Of a DNA stretch of 64,000 nt, positions 1-13,710 are shown piece after piece. Under the pieces are notes generated by a model, which worked only from the letters and a program-made list of their open reading frames with translations, ran no database searches and was not told the origin of the DNA. The translations under genes and the position numbers were made by a program. The stretch covers positions 3,038,001 to 3,102,000 of the forward strand of contig NC_043007.1 in the NCBI RefSeq assembly GCF_006345805.1, given 5' to 3'. How positions within the stretch are numbered: the stretch's first letter is position 1; each line of letters begins with the position of its first letter. This DNA is from Octopus sinensis. Taxonomy: Eukaryota.

Positions 1-225
1 TAAATAAGGTGAGCATTGATTATTGACTTCGTGTAAAGAATACCGATTAATACTGAAAAAGCATTACTGTTCAGAAATATTTATATTTAAATGTACATAT
101 ACAATCACTTAAATACACGTTCATTTATGAATGTGATTCTACTCATACACATGATAAAATGTTAAAAATATTCCATTCAAGTCAGAGTATGCTGAAAATA
201 AGAAAATGATATTTCCTTTCTATAT

Positions 226-422
226 ACTCTTTACTCTTTTACTTGTTTCAGTCATTTGACTGCGGCCATGCTGGAGCACCGCCTTTAATCGAGCAACTCG
301 ACCCCGGGACTTATTCTTTTTGCAAGCCCAGTACTTATTCTATCGGTCTATTTTGCCGAACCGCTAAGTAACGGGGACATAAACACACCAGCATTGGTTG
401 TCAAGCAATGCTAGGGGGACAA

Positions 423-481
<59 letters not shown>

Positions 482-646
482 TACGACGGGCTTCTTTCAG
501 TTTCCGTCTACCAAATCCACTCACAAGGCTTTGGTTGGCCCGAGGCTATAGTAGAAGACACTTGCCCAAAATGCCACTCAGTGGGACTGAACCCGGAACC
601 ATGTGGTTGGTAAACAAGCTACTTACCACACAGCCACTCATGCGCC
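226..646 (-). mobile_element. SINE family A (tRNA-like head, central TA/CA microsatellite, (AAAGAGT)n tail), full length
   Basis: Head GAGTGGCTGTGTGGTAAGTAGC...GGTTCAGTCCC (A/B-box-like). It matches many other copies in the window. Confidence 0.85.
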
Positions 647-1326
647 TATATAGTAGTGAATTACATACAAAATATGCGATTAAAGTGAAATTATTTCAAG
701 ATACAGTACTAAGATTTAAAAACAGATTATCACAATAAACTTACCTCAAAATATATTATTGCACACTGTGAAGTGTCATTATTATAAACAAAGTACAGTG
801 CTAATTTGAAATCATTTCAAGAATACGAATTCCAAAATATATGATTATAGTAAAATTATTTCAAAATAGACAAGAATGCATTAAAAACCGATTATCACAA
901 TAAGAATACGAATTCTAAAATAATTTCAAACAAAAATTTTGAAAATCTTCACCGTCCATAATTAGAAGAACATACATAATTTGAAAACCGGTTTCGCTTC
1001 TGGTAGATGGTTGTTCATTTCAGTGTGCGAGTGTAATGGCTAGTTGCAAACCTTCGTGTAATATATACTGCGTCTATCGGGCGTAGTTACGTAACAGATA
1101 TATTATGTAGCAAGGGAGGTAATGTTGTGTATATTATTTAATCCAAATTCAGCAGGGTTGGTTTTTTTATTTGTTTTTAAGTATTCAAAAATATACGGCA
1201 AAACACATAAACATAAGAAAATGAACTTCAATTAGGTGTCAGTATTTAGTTAATGATTTAGAAATTGATATTTTATCTCAAAAGTTTATTTATTGATCTT
1301 TATCGTATTTTGATAAAGTGGAATCA

Positions 1327-1375
<49 letters not shown>

Positions 1376-2070
1376 CAGACAGACAGACAGACACACACAC
1401 ACACACACCACACACACACACACACGAATACACAGACATATATGTCTGTCAGCTGTGGCATAACTTAGTCACTCGGCAAAATCATTATATTGGTCCAAAT
1501 TACGCGCGAATTAGATATATTAGTTTAATAATCATTTATTAATTAATAATTGATCACCACATTATTTTAAACGAGTAAAATTAAAATATATCTTCGTGTC
1601 TTCTGTGCGGATTAAGGCTGCGAGCTAGTAGAAAAGTTAGCATACCGGATACAATGCTAAGGGACATTTCATCCGTCATTACCATTTGAATTTGTATTTC
1701 GCAGAGGTTGACTTTGACGTTCACCCTTACAGGATCGATAAAATAAGTTCCAATGACTGGCCTTTTGCTAAATTTTGAAATATTTTCTCTGTAAATTAAT
1801 TTGTTTTGTGCGGTATTTACGAATGATATATACGCGCATGTGTGTAGAGATCCCGCAGAAAGAATTTTGAGCTATATGTAATGTTATTTCATATGTAATT
1901 TCATCTAATACAATCTATACATTCACAGGAAAAGGGGTTATGGCTAATGTCTTTGTGAAATGAAATATACAAAATTAATTGAAACTCGTCTACAAACTTA
2001 TGCAGATAAAAAGTATGTGTGTACGCACGTGTATAGGGGAGGTATGTATGCATATACATACATACATACA

Positions 2071-2104
<34 letters not shown>

Positions 2105-2139
2105 GTTTGTGTGTGAGTGTGTGTGTATGTATATGTTTG

Positions 2140-2303
2140 TGTGTCTGTTTTTGTCCCCTCAACATGATGACAACCGATGCTGGTGTGTTTACCTCCCCGT
2201 AAGAAACCCGATAGAATAAGTCCTAGGGTCGATTTGCTCGACTAAAGGCGGTGCTCCAGCATGGTCACAGTCACATGACTGAAACAAGTAAAAGAGTAAA
2301 AGA
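2140..2303 (+). mobile_element. SINE family A, 3' part
   Basis: GACAACCGATGCTGGTGTGTTTAC...GACTGAAACAAGTAAAAGAGT. Confidence 0.8.
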
Positions 2304-2762
2304 TACATACACATATATATATATATATATATATAATATATATATATATATGACAAAAGTTACATTAATTATTTTTAGGTCGTGCAATTTTTCTCAACTG
2401 ATCGATAGACGAGTTGAGTAAAGCTATCATTAACGCACCTTTAATGAATACTGGAAACAGCTCTAAGCCGGATTTACTCTAGAAAAAGGAAAAATATTTA
2501 ATGACCATTATTTCTACATTGTCTTAAAAACCAGTTCGACTGGAGTCCAGCCACATATTGGCAATACAGAATTGCGATGGACCATGACATCGGACCCTGC
2601 CAAAAGAATACTTCGAGATCTTCACTAATCTAAGTAATATTCTTAGCCTGGTGTGGCAACAGACAGCTTATGAAGTATTTTGCCCGGATTGGTAACCCCT
2701 TAATATTAGCTGTTTCATACATGCACACACACACGCACACACACAAACGCACATGAACACAC

Positions 2763-2810
<48 letters not shown>

Positions 2811-3707
2811 TGGGTTATGCATATGTATTTATCATTTAATACATATATAATTAACTATGTCGGATCTGAAAAATGGTCAACAATCTGAAATAACAATTTT
2901 CTTGCTTGACAAACGTATACGAAGAATATGCTTACACTGTTTATAATTCTCTTTCGCAGCTAAGGATTAATGATATTTAAATAAAGCCACCCTGGGTTAA
3001 TTGCCTGGCGGCATTTCATCTGTCTGTCGTTGCAAGCTCAAATTCCGTCGAGGTCGACTTTGCCTTTCATTCTTTCGTGGCAGAAATATATTATTTTCTA
3101 AATAGTTATAGATTAACGAAGTCAGAAAACCACTGTACAGTAGGTCTGATGCCCGAACACAAACATATACGCGCATATTATGCATAACATATAGATATAT
3201 AATCCATGCATCTCTCCCTGATATAAATACATACTCAAACACGCATACACACATTTATATATATATATATTATATCACTTTTTAAAATTATCCCTACTAT
3301 AGAGACGAGCCAGAACTGAAAGTTACAACGTTTAGTATAGGGAGAACACGTCTATGTAAACAATGCGATCGAAGATAGAAAAATAATTACAGTTTAACAT
3401 TGGCACACCAAAGTGAATTTCGTGGCTATTTAAGCAATGTATGCATGGGTGGGAAGTGATCCTGAAAAGAGCAATAATTCCCGAAATATGCATCTGCACC
3501 GACCTCCTATACTTCTACAATCCCATTGTTTACTTAGATGCATACGAGCCGTCATGATATTCAGAGCTAGACCTAATTTCTATAAAAAAATCTAAGAGAG
3601 TATTTTAGAAAGCAACTGAATCGCACTGCTAACACAGCAGGACATACTATTCAATATATTAAGGTTGCAAAGCCCAATACTGTACCCTTACCAGGAACTG
3701 GTACATA

Positions 3708-4326
3708 CATTAAATCCTCACCATATCGCGATTCACCTATCACCGTTTATTATTCAAGCTTACGTCAATTCCTCCGTCGTGTTGTTTTGCATTTATAATA
3801 AAATAAGGGTTGGCTGTGTGGTAAGTAGCTTGCTTACCAACCATATAGTTCTGGGTTCAGTCCCACTGCGAGGCAGCTTGGTCAAGTTTCTTGTATTATT
3901 GCCTCGGGCCGACCAAAGCCTTGTGAGGAGGTTTCGTAGACGGAAACTGAAAGAAGCCTGACATATATATATAAATATATATGAGCGTGTGTGTTTGTGT
4001 GTACATGTATATGTTTGTGTCTCTGTGTTTGTCCCGCCCCACCGCTTCACAACCAATGTTAATGTGTTTACGTCCCCTTACCTTAGCGGTTCGACAAAAG
4101 AGCCTGATATAATAAGTAGTAGGCTTACAAAGAATAAGTCCTGCGTTTGATCTGTTCGACCAAAAAGGCGGTGCCCCAGCACGGCAGCAGTCAAATGACT
4201 GAAACAAGTAAAATAATAAAGAATATAGAAATTATATAAATAGTTTTAAAAGATATACAGTACAGTACTGTTACTACTTCGCAGTAGGGGTGGAGCGTAA
4301 TACCCGCGATAGTCGAGGGATTACTG
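3708..4326. mobile_element. Second copy of the same Tigger/pogo-like MITE, split by a SINE insertion (3807-4224)
   Basis: 3708-3806 aligns with 9239-9340 (TTTATTATT.AAGCT.ACGTC.ATTCCTC.GT.GTGTTG). 4258-4326 aligns with 9374-9460 and ends CGCGATAGTCGAGGGATTACTG. Confidence 0.65.
3807..4224 (+). mobile_element. SINE family A, full length, nested in a MITE
   Basis: Colinear match to the reverse complement of 226-646. Confidence 0.85.
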
Positions 4327-4517
4327 CATAAGAAATCGTGAGTAAAATATAAATGTAAATATTTTCTTTCTCTGCTATTGATGTGATGATGAGAGAAGGT
4401 GTCTTCTGACGTGTAATTTCATGATTTGTTGTTCGTTCCAGTTTCCCTTCCCGATCAATAGCATGGATCAATTGAATTTCAAGCAGTCAGAAATCACTTC
4501 GGCACAGTGGAGTATTG

Positions 4518-4900
4518 CTTAGTTAGTTAGTTATTTTTTGAGCTCAAAAAGCAAGGCCATGTAGGGGGACATGGAGTTATGTACAGGGTAGTGTTCATGT
4601 AAAGAGTTCAGGCCACTTGTGGTCAAGGGAGACTTTGAACCGATAGAGCTTTTCGGAGTGGCCCCGCAGACGACGCTCTGCAGCAGGAGTGAAGAACAGC
4701 TCTTTCGAGAGGTTACACTTTCCGCTTATGATGTTGTGAGCGAGAATGAGATCTCCACGGCGTCGTCGTTTTTCTAGAGAATAAAGGTCGAGCGTCTTCA
4801 GCCTTTCTTCATAAGACAAATTCTTGAGACCAAGAACCATGCGGGTAGCCAGCTTCTGGACTATTTCGAGGTGCTTAATTTGCACAATTGTGCTTTTACC
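4518..4900 (-). mobile_element. CR1-clade LINE 3' fragment
   Basis: LEIVQKLATRMVLGLKNLSYEERLKTLDLYSLEKRRRRGDLI is the typical CR1 RT C-terminus. It ends in an (ACTA)n tail at ~4518-4532. Confidence 0.85.
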
Positions 4901-4974
4901 ATCTCGTCATTAAACATGCCTACAGGCACGTATCAGAGAGGAGACGAATATTGTTGTGGTATACAAAGATGAAA

Positions 4975-5210
4975 GGCGGTGAGCTGGCAGAAACGTTAGC
5001 ACGCCGGGCGAAATGCTTAGCAGTATTTCGTCTGCTGCCACGTTCTGAGTTCAAATTCCGCCCAAGTCAACTTTGCCTTTCTTCCTTTCGGGTTCGATTA
5101 AATAAGTACCAGTTACGCACTGGGGTCGCTATAATCGACTTAACCCGTGTGTCTGTCCTTGTTTGTCCTCTCTGTGTTTAGCCCCTTGTGGGTAGTAAAG
5201 AAATAGGTAT
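4975..5210 (+). mobile_element. SINE family B (tRNA-derived head GGCGGCGAGCTGGCAGAAACGTTAGC...GAGTTCAAATTCC; core GCCTTTCATCCTTTCGGGGTCGATAAA)
   Basis: A-box/B-box-like motifs, and more than 10 related copies in the window. Confidence 0.85.
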
Positions 5211-5504
5211 ACACAGATAAACGCGTGTATTCAGATATAAACAGAAAGAGGGAAGCATTCTCCATCACGTTGTGTATTACTTTACTGACATTCGAACACG
5301 TGTCTGTAAAAGGGGGCAATGAACTGGCACAGCTGTTAAAACATGACGTTTGTCTCGCCTCTTTACAATTTGAATTCATAACTTCCACTGTCTTTCATTC
5401 TTCAGAAATCGGCAAAATGAAACTCCGAGTTCGATTCAGACGAGAAAACACTTTCCTCTGTTTCCAAACTCTCTGTCTGTGTTCGAAAAGTATATGGTGA
5501 ATAG

Positions 5505-5738
5505 ACCTATTTCTTTACTACCCACAAGGGGCTTAACACAGAGAGGACAAACAAGGACAGACAAACAGATTAAGTCGATTATATCGACCCCAGTACGTAA
5601 CTGCTACTTATTTAATCGACCCCGAAAGGATGAAAGGCAAAGTCGACCTCAGCGGAATTTGAACTCAGAACGAAGCAATAGAGGAAATACCGCAAAGCAC
5701 TTCGCCCGGCGCGCTAACGTTTCTGCCAGCTCGTCGCC
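5505..5738 (-). mobile_element. SINE family B, inverted relative to 4975-5210
   Basis: Reverse-complement match across the whole unit. Confidence 0.85.
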
Positions 5739-7517
5739 CCCATTAGAGTGCTGGTAAAGCTGATTTAGTCCGGCCCTTTGCGATCTAGGTACAAATTGTA
5801 GCGGTGTCATTCTTGCATGTCATCCTTCATTGTTCATTGGTATCTTTCATACACCCCGATCAATTTAATCGCTCCTACCTTCTCATAAATTTCTGACCAT
5901 GTGTCACAAACTGTTTATTATTAAGGTAATTCACTGAATATGTTATAACCTGAAATACACACTAACACCATCTAGGATGATACTACTTAGACACATCGCC
6001 TTTAAGATCTAGTATTTGGCTGCTTAGAAAACTAACCGTACATCAAATATTAAATATCGATTTCCCATTTCGTGAAATATAATTTTCTCAGCAAAATACA
6101 AATCATCGTTTTCAATATTTCCCTTGCTGTCGATAAATAATATACATTGTACTTGATTTATTTCTCTAATGTGTTCAATCCTCATTGAAAGCCAGAGCAA
6201 GGTTAAGATGTTCATATGTCTATTTCCAGCCATTCATCATGTTTTTTGTTCATTTTATTTTCAACTAATGTCTTTAATATTGATTCTATATATAAAGACT
6301 GATGCTTTAGAAGATCTGGCTGAGCATTGGACAAGATGCTTTGTAATTACATCACTTTATGTTTTGAGTTCAAATCCCATTGGACTGTCGCTGACTTTCG
6401 TTCGCCACTAGTCATTAAAGTAAATACCAGTTAAGTACTAAGACTCATGAAATCAATTATGCTATCTTCCTCCATTTGTATGATTTGGAGTGAGTAGTTG
6501 AAATCTTTATTTATGAACAATAATCTAGCGTTTTCTCTATAAACATAAACCGTGATATTAAATCCCACGTGAATAACTCGTTTTCCCTTGGCCCTGCACA
6601 AGTCAGTCACTATTTTTCTTCTCTTCCCACAACGACCGACGCCAGGAATACATTTCTCTAACCGTCTTTGCTCGGAAAAGTGTTAAAAATAACTGCAACT
6701 ATTTTATTGCCTTTTGCTTTTAGAACCTGTGAAGAATATAAACACGACCCCTTCTTCCAGACTTAACCATTTAAATAAAATACATGAATTGATCGGGCAT
6801 CACATGAAAATTTCAAGAACATGAATAGAGACTGGAAGAGGCTTGTCTGGTGGAAGTCGCATGACTTTAAGATAGCATTTATCTGAACTCAGTAAATCAA
6901 GCTAATGAAATAATTGTGAGGAAGTTTGGTTTTAATGATAAACTTTACGAATTCAATATTTTCTGTTAAGTGATCTTGACTATCACTTTGCATGAACGAT
7001 ATATCTCAATCAAGAGACACAATCAGTGACTACACTAGCAATGAATCCTTCGCTCGGCAATCCGGTTTTCCTACATAAGCTATCAAGGAATTGGTTAAGA
7101 TCATTGTTTATGTTCCAGGTCAGCTATGGGTAGACCTAAACACAAAGGCATTAAAACAGTGACCATCCGGTCCTTTACACAGACAACACATATTTAGTCC
7201 TACGCAGTCCATTGTATATTTCCAAGTGGGAAATAATTCAAGGTGCGATTTCCTTGATATTTCTATAATGTTGAAACTTTATCGTTGGATAAGAAGTTTA
7301 TTATTGGCCCAAATGATGATTTTATTCTGTTTTCTATTAAGATGGGTTCTACCAATGCAACATTCAAAATAAGTGCATTATAATTGAAATTGATGTTTGA
7401 TTTTTTAAACAAGGCAGAACATAAAATTCATCTCCTTCTGAATGAATTTATATTAATTTCAAACTCTGCTGTAATGTAACAGGAAGTCGAAATTGGATAT
7501 CAAAAATGATATGATTG

Positions 7518-8111
7518 TACAAGGGGAAGTAAAATATTCTCCGCACTTTCACTTTAGGTTAGTTACACTGCGTTCTGTGCGCGCTTGCTAAAAGGTGTTG
7601 CTCCTGGAGTTATGTAATCGCGGTTTGACTCGGGATGCTCTCGTTCTCTTTCTGATGTTACAGAGTAAACATGGTCGCTCCGCAGGCAGTGTGCACCATG
7701 GAAGAACACAGACGTGTATTGTCAAATTGAGTGTTATTTTTCCACGACAATGCACGTCCGTATATGGCCGCCAACGTGATTGAAACCATTGAAAAATTGG
7801 GTCTCGAGTTGCTGAAGCACCCTGCATACAATCCAGGCCTCACCCCTTAATTCTATCGTTTCTTTAGACTGCTCAAACATCCTTAACGAGGTCTTTGATT
7901 TGCTACGGTCAAAGAAGTACAGAAAGTGTTACGTAAATGGCCAGCCAAAAACATTCTCCTCCGATGGAATAAGCAAGCATGTGGACCGCTGGAAGCAGGG
8001 CACCAAAAAGCAACGAAACCATGTTGAAGATTATGTAATTGTTCAATCTCTGTTATTGTTTTAACAAATTACAGAAACTAGAAAGCGTATAATTTTTGGT
8101 TTACCTTCTTA
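7518..8111 (+). mobile_element. Internally deleted mariner (Tc1/mariner) transposon
   Basis: Degenerate TIRs TACAAGGGGAAGTAAAATATTCTCCGCACT and the reverse complement of AAAGCGTATAATTTTTGGTTTACCTTCTTA. The transposase N-terminus (MVAPQAVCTMEEHRRV) is joined directly to FHDNARPYMAANVIETIEKLGLELLKHPAYNPGLTP, matching the mariner HDNARPH and YSPDL motifs. Confidence 0.8.
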
Positions 8112-9238
8112 TTTTACTCCAGCATGGTAAACAGTTGTGTATGTTAAAGCGTTTAATAACAAATTGCAAAATATTTTGTGAATTAATTTTAGTAATTATT
8201 ACCATTTAAGGACTGAATTGGAGATATCTTAGACATGAGAAAATATCCTTCATAGTGTGAAGACCTAAAACAAACACTCTAAGTACTTGCTTTATGTAAA
8301 ACCGAGACAAATATATATAATGAGAGGTTGGTTTTCATATAATGCGGAAAAAAGATAAAAACGGCTATAATAACAATTTACGGCTTTTTCTTCTTCTTCA
8401 GATATTGTCGTTTAAATAAATTATTTATTAGTTTTCCATTTTTCCATTGACATTCACTAATTTTTATTACGATATATAAATGTTTCTTTTGTATCGGTTG
8501 TGCACTTCTGGTGCGGATCGCTTGAAGTTTTCCTTCGAAATATATATTTCATAGAATGTCAAAAAAAAGTTTGTCTTCAATCAAGTACGGTATGGTGATT
8601 TACATATATCGATATATTTGCCAAGAAACGATTACGCTAAAATAGACGACAACTAAACGGAGTTTCTTTAGTTCTTCAATGAATTATGGCACTCTTGGGA
8701 ATTGGTAATGCTAATTCTGCTTATTATAATTATCATCTTGTTCTTGTCTTTCGTGCCTTTGGTTTCTTCTTGTTATTTTATAGTTAGTGCCGATGCGTTT
8801 GATGTCGTATCTTGCTTTTAGTTCTTTTTTTCCTTTTCATTTCTTCGTCTTCTACTTCGACTCATTGTTTTTTCTTTTCGTATTTAAAAGTCTTCGTGAA
8901 TATAAAGTAACTAAAAGCAAAGAGCTGACCGAACTGGCGGAGAACACTTTTTAATATTTGGTTTCTAAACATCGTGTGTACTTCATAGTACTTCATAGTA
9001 AACACACACACACTCACACACACACACACACACACAAACTCACGCACACACACAAACACACACACACACACACTCACACACACTCACACACACACACACA
9101 CACACATATCTATATATATATATATAAAGATATATCTACATACATATTTATATAGTGGCCATTCCTCTAAATTTTGTATGTATATATATCTATATGTATG
9201 TGTGTGTGTGTGTGTGCGTGTGTGTGTCTGTGTGTATA

Positions 9239-9457
9239 CAGTAATCCCTGTCCCTATCGTGGTTAACAAATCACGGTTTATTATTTAAGCTAACGTCGAT
9301 TCCTCTGTGGTGTTGTTTTGCAATTACGATAATATAAATATATACGATTTATAAAAATAAAAAAATTAAAATATACAGTACTGTAGTTTTAACTTCGCGG
9401 ATTCTCAACCATCGAGGTGGGATTTAGAACGTAATACACGCGATAGTCGAAGGATTA

Positions 9458-9460
<3 letters not shown>
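9239..9460. mobile_element. Tigger/pogo-like MITE
   Basis: TIRs CAGTAATCCCTGTCCCTATCGTG and CGCGATAGTCGAAGGATTACTG, with TA on the left. Confidence 0.7.
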
Positions 9461-9555
<95 letters not shown>

Positions 9556-9604
9556 ATATATATATAATATATATATATATACATACATATAGATAGATAG
9601 ATAG

Positions 9605-9635
<31 letters not shown>

Positions 9636-9651
9636 CATACATACACATATA

Positions 9652-9699
<48 letters not shown>

Positions 9700-10025
9700 C
9701 GTGGCGCGTGGCTTAGTGGTTAGGTTATTCGGCCGACGATCGGAAGGTTGTGAGTTCGTTCCCAGTAGCACTTTGAGTCCTTGAGCAAGAGACTTTATTT
9801 CACGTTGGTCCAGTTCACTAAACTGGCAAAAGTCAGAAGCACTTGTATTTCAAAGGGCCAGGCCTGGTAAATTTTATGTATCATGCTGAATGTCCCTGAG
9901 AATTACGTTTAAAGGTACACGTTTCTGTGGTGTGCTCAGCCACTTACGCGTTAATTTAACGACCAGGATGTTCCGTTGATCGGATCAACTGGAACCCTTG
10001 CATTCGTAACCGACGGAGTACCGTT
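9700..10025 (+). mobile_element. SINE family C (tRNA-like head; body ...TATTTCAAAGGGCC...TGCTCAGCCACTT...CCGTTGATCGGATCAACTGGAACCC...GTAACCGACGGAG)
   Basis: Head GGCGCGTGGCTTAGTGGTTAGG...GAGTTCGTTCCC. The body is shared with 59990-60180 (reverse strand). Confidence 0.75.
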
Positions 10026-11526
10026 TATGCATATTACATATAATAGACCTGACTCTCTCACTCCTCTTGCAGCCACAACATGCAGAGCTTTGTCAAAATC
10101 TGTATCATCCTTTTAAGATTCATCGGCTTATTTCCATTTATATTTTATACATTGGCCATTCAGCCCACTTCATTGTCCCGTTGCCTTCACGCAATTATGT
10201 AACATCATTCCGCCATGTTGTTGCTTTTTTTAATATGTGCTTTCTTTTCGATTTTTAGATGAACAGGTTTTATTTATTGTACGTGTGTGTGTGTCGTCCT
10301 GATATGTATGGATAGCAAACAATCAAACTGTGAATATATAAAAATAATTCAGTTTTATGAGTGTATGGATTTGTTTTTATACAATTTCGTATATATTTTT
10401 AATAAGTTTGTATTTAAAATATATAATGCTTTATTTTATTTCTGCGTTACTTCGTGGGATATCTTGAGGTTTAGTAACTATTTCTCTCATCAGCCACTGT
10501 TCAACTAAAAATTGTGACAATGAGAGGATGTGTAATGTGACTAGTGGTGTATAACATTTGATAGTTTGTGTATGTATATATGTATATATTTACACGTGTA
10601 TGTGTGTTTGTATGATATCTGTTTGAGAACCGGTTGTGACTCGTTTGCATCCTCGAAACTTCGCGGTTTGACAAAACGACCCTATTTCCAGATTTTAAAA
10701 TAATAAGACTGAGATTAATGGGTTTTTTTTATTCAGCGCAGCAGGACGTTGCCCCAGCATGGCCGCAGTCCGATTAAACAGTTCCTAGATAAAAGATAGT
10801 GAAGAAACAATAGTTAGATATGCTTAGACATACGCAAGTTATACTTTAAAAAAGTTGCTGAACCAATAAAACTACGAATAGAATAGTCTTTTATACAATT
10901 TAAATCCGCATCAAATTTTTGGATGCTGTAGGTAGAATAGTTTACTGCCAAAGCCATGGCATTGATTATCCATAAATATCACAACAAGTGAAATCTAATT
11001 ATGTATTATATCATATTATACCATATTCCATTCCACAATAATCCGCATTTTATGTTATCAACAAAACCACACCACATCATATCGTATTACTCTAAATTAC
11101 CTAAAAGAATTTTATACGCTATCAGATATCAATCGAATTGAATGCCGTATCATACGATAATCCTCAATTTGTCTAAGAGAAATGTTGTATCTCTGAGACT
11201 GTCGACATCACGATTTTAATACTTATAATTAAAAGAAAAAGAAAACGGAAATAATTGTCCTCAAATGTCTACATAAAGTGTGAAATACTTGTCACACGTA
11301 TCTAGATCATTGGATGAATGTTCACGCTCACTTCTGTAAGATTTAACCTCACCCTTTAATCACAGAACAAACCGCAGCTCTTGACTTCACAAATAGTTGG
11401 TGTGCAAACCGCTGAAAATGAAATCGTGAGCGGAACGAAATTATCACCTCGAAAAAAGCTATTTTACAAAGGCATGCAAAACTCCTTATGAGTTCTTTGG
11501 TTTAGTTATATGTAATTTGTTTGACA

Positions 11527-11972
11527 GGCGGCGAGCTGGCAGAAGCGTTAGCGCGCTGGGCGAAATGCTTAGCGGTATTTCGTCTGTCGTTACGTTCTGA
11601 GTTCAAATTCCGCCGAGATCGACTTTGTCTTTCATCCTTTCGGGGTCGATAAATTAAGTACCAGTTACGCACTGGGGTTGATGTAATCAACTTAATCCCT
11701 TTGTCTGTCCTTGTTTGTCCCCTGTATGTTTAGCCCCTTGTGGGCAGTAAAGAAATATATATGTAATTTGTTTGAACGCTTAAATTCATACCTATTTCTT
11801 TACTACCCACAAGGGGCTAAACACAGAGAGGACAAACAAGGACAAACAAACGGGTTAAGTCGATTATATCAACCCCCAGTGCGTAACTGGTACTTAGTTT
11901 ACGCACTGGTGTCGATATGATCGACTTAATCCGTTTCATTGTCCTTGTTTGTTCTCTCTGTGTTTAGCCCCT
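11527..11972. mobile_element. SINE family B cluster: + copy (11527-11757), - partial (11790-11900), + partial (11901-11972)
   Basis: Direct and reverse-complement matches to the family consensus seen in the window. Confidence 0.8.
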
Positions 11973-12154
11973 TAAATTCATACCTTTAACTATAATATAA
12001 GCAGACGCTCATGTGCCTCAGTAACGCAATCAAAGTTCATCTAAGCGAGATTCGTCACGAGGCGTGCACAACGATTCATTCGGTAGTCGGTGCAATAATT
12101 CCATGTCCATGGGGATGAAATTAGCAGAAATATTAGATGAATAATATATATATA

Positions 12155-12235
12155 CAAGTGTCTTCTGCTATAGCCCCGGGCCGACCAATGCCTTGTGAGT
12201 GGATTTGGTAGACGGAAACAGAAAGAAGCCTGTCG

Positions 12236-12317
<82 letters not shown>

Positions 12318-12550
12318 TGCGTGTGTGTGTTTGTGTGTCTGTGTGTCCCCTAGCATTGCTTGACAACCGATGCTGGTGTGTTTACGTCCCCGTCACTTAG
12401 CGGTTCGGCAAAAGAGACCGATAGAATAAGTACTGGCTTACAAGAGTAAGTCCCGGGGTCGATTTGCTCGACTAAAGGCGGTGCTCCAGCATGGCCGCAG
12501 TCAAATGACTGAAACAAGTAACAGAGTAAAGAGTAAAGAGTAAAGAGTAT
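12155..12550 (+). mobile_element. SINE family A, 5'-truncated, with (AGAGTAA)n tail
   Basis: High-identity match to the family from CAAGTGTCTTCTGCTATAGCC onward. Confidence 0.85.
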
Positions 12551-12849
12551 AGAAAACGTGGATTATTTATAAACTGGCGCGTCATCTGCTGTTAAGCAGA
12601 AAACAGTTAACAGTTCAACAACACTAATTCGACATTTGTTGATATCACGAGCAGAATGGTAGTGAAATAGAACTTCATTGTCCTCTCATGGAAAAAAATA
12701 TTTAGCAAGTGCAATGTAGTTGATTGGCAGTGCAGTCCTAGTTCACATAAGATGTTTAATACCAGGATACGCAAATGTCTGAGCAGAGAGTTGGTGCTGC
12801 GAAACGTATTACAATGCTAACTGTTATGCGATATGAACACATTCATCTT

Positions 12850-13262
12850 TTAGCTCAGTAATTAGACTGCAGCTACGCTGAAGCACTGCCTTCAAGAATT
12901 TTAGTGGAGCAAATCAACCCCCAGCACACTTTTTAAGCGGGGTACTTATTCTCTTGTAACGGTGACTCAAACGCACTGGAACCGCTCGCCAAGAGACGGT
13001 GAGGGACAAACGCAGGAACGCACGCACAAACACACACACACACACGCACACACACACACACACATACACAAACACACGCATGTTACTAGAGATGTGTATA
13101 TGTATATACGTGTATTATGTATGTATATATATATATATTAGCCTGCTCGCTTAGCCAGCGGGGTGGCGTTAGTTGAAGGCTAAAACCATGCGAAGCACAT
13201 TGTGACCAGCGATGTGTAGCAACATCTGATAGCCTGGTCGGTCACCGTGATTTATATATATA

Positions 13263-13301
<39 letters not shown>

Positions 13302-13710
13302 ATATATATCTCTCTCTCTCCCAATATATGCATATGTGAGTGTGTGCGTGTGTGTTTGTGTGTGTGTGTGTGTATAACTTCACTTTGAGCTCTATGGTAT
13401 CATAGCGAGTCATTTCTGGCAGCGTCTTACATGTTGACGTGCCTAGATTCCAATGAATTCTCATCACTAAAACATATACACACACACACGCGCGCGCACA
13501 CACACACACATGTACACTCACATACACACACACACACACACACATATATTCGACAGTCTTTGAGTTTTCCTCTATCAAAACCACTCTCAAGGCTTTGGTT
13601 ATCCCCACACTATAGTTGAAGACACTTGCCCAAGGTACCTCACGTTGGGACTGAACCCGGAATCATGTGTTTCGGAAACAAACTTCTCACTGCACGGCTA
13701 AGCCTGCGCC
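12850..13710 (-). mobile_element. Degenerate SINE family A copy with a ~110-bp foreign insert (13142-13250) in its central microsatellite
   Basis: The head is at 13548-13710 and the diverged 3' part at ~12850-13100. A GC-rich block CCTGCTCGC...GGTCACCGTGAT lies between (TA)n runs. Confidence 0.6.
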
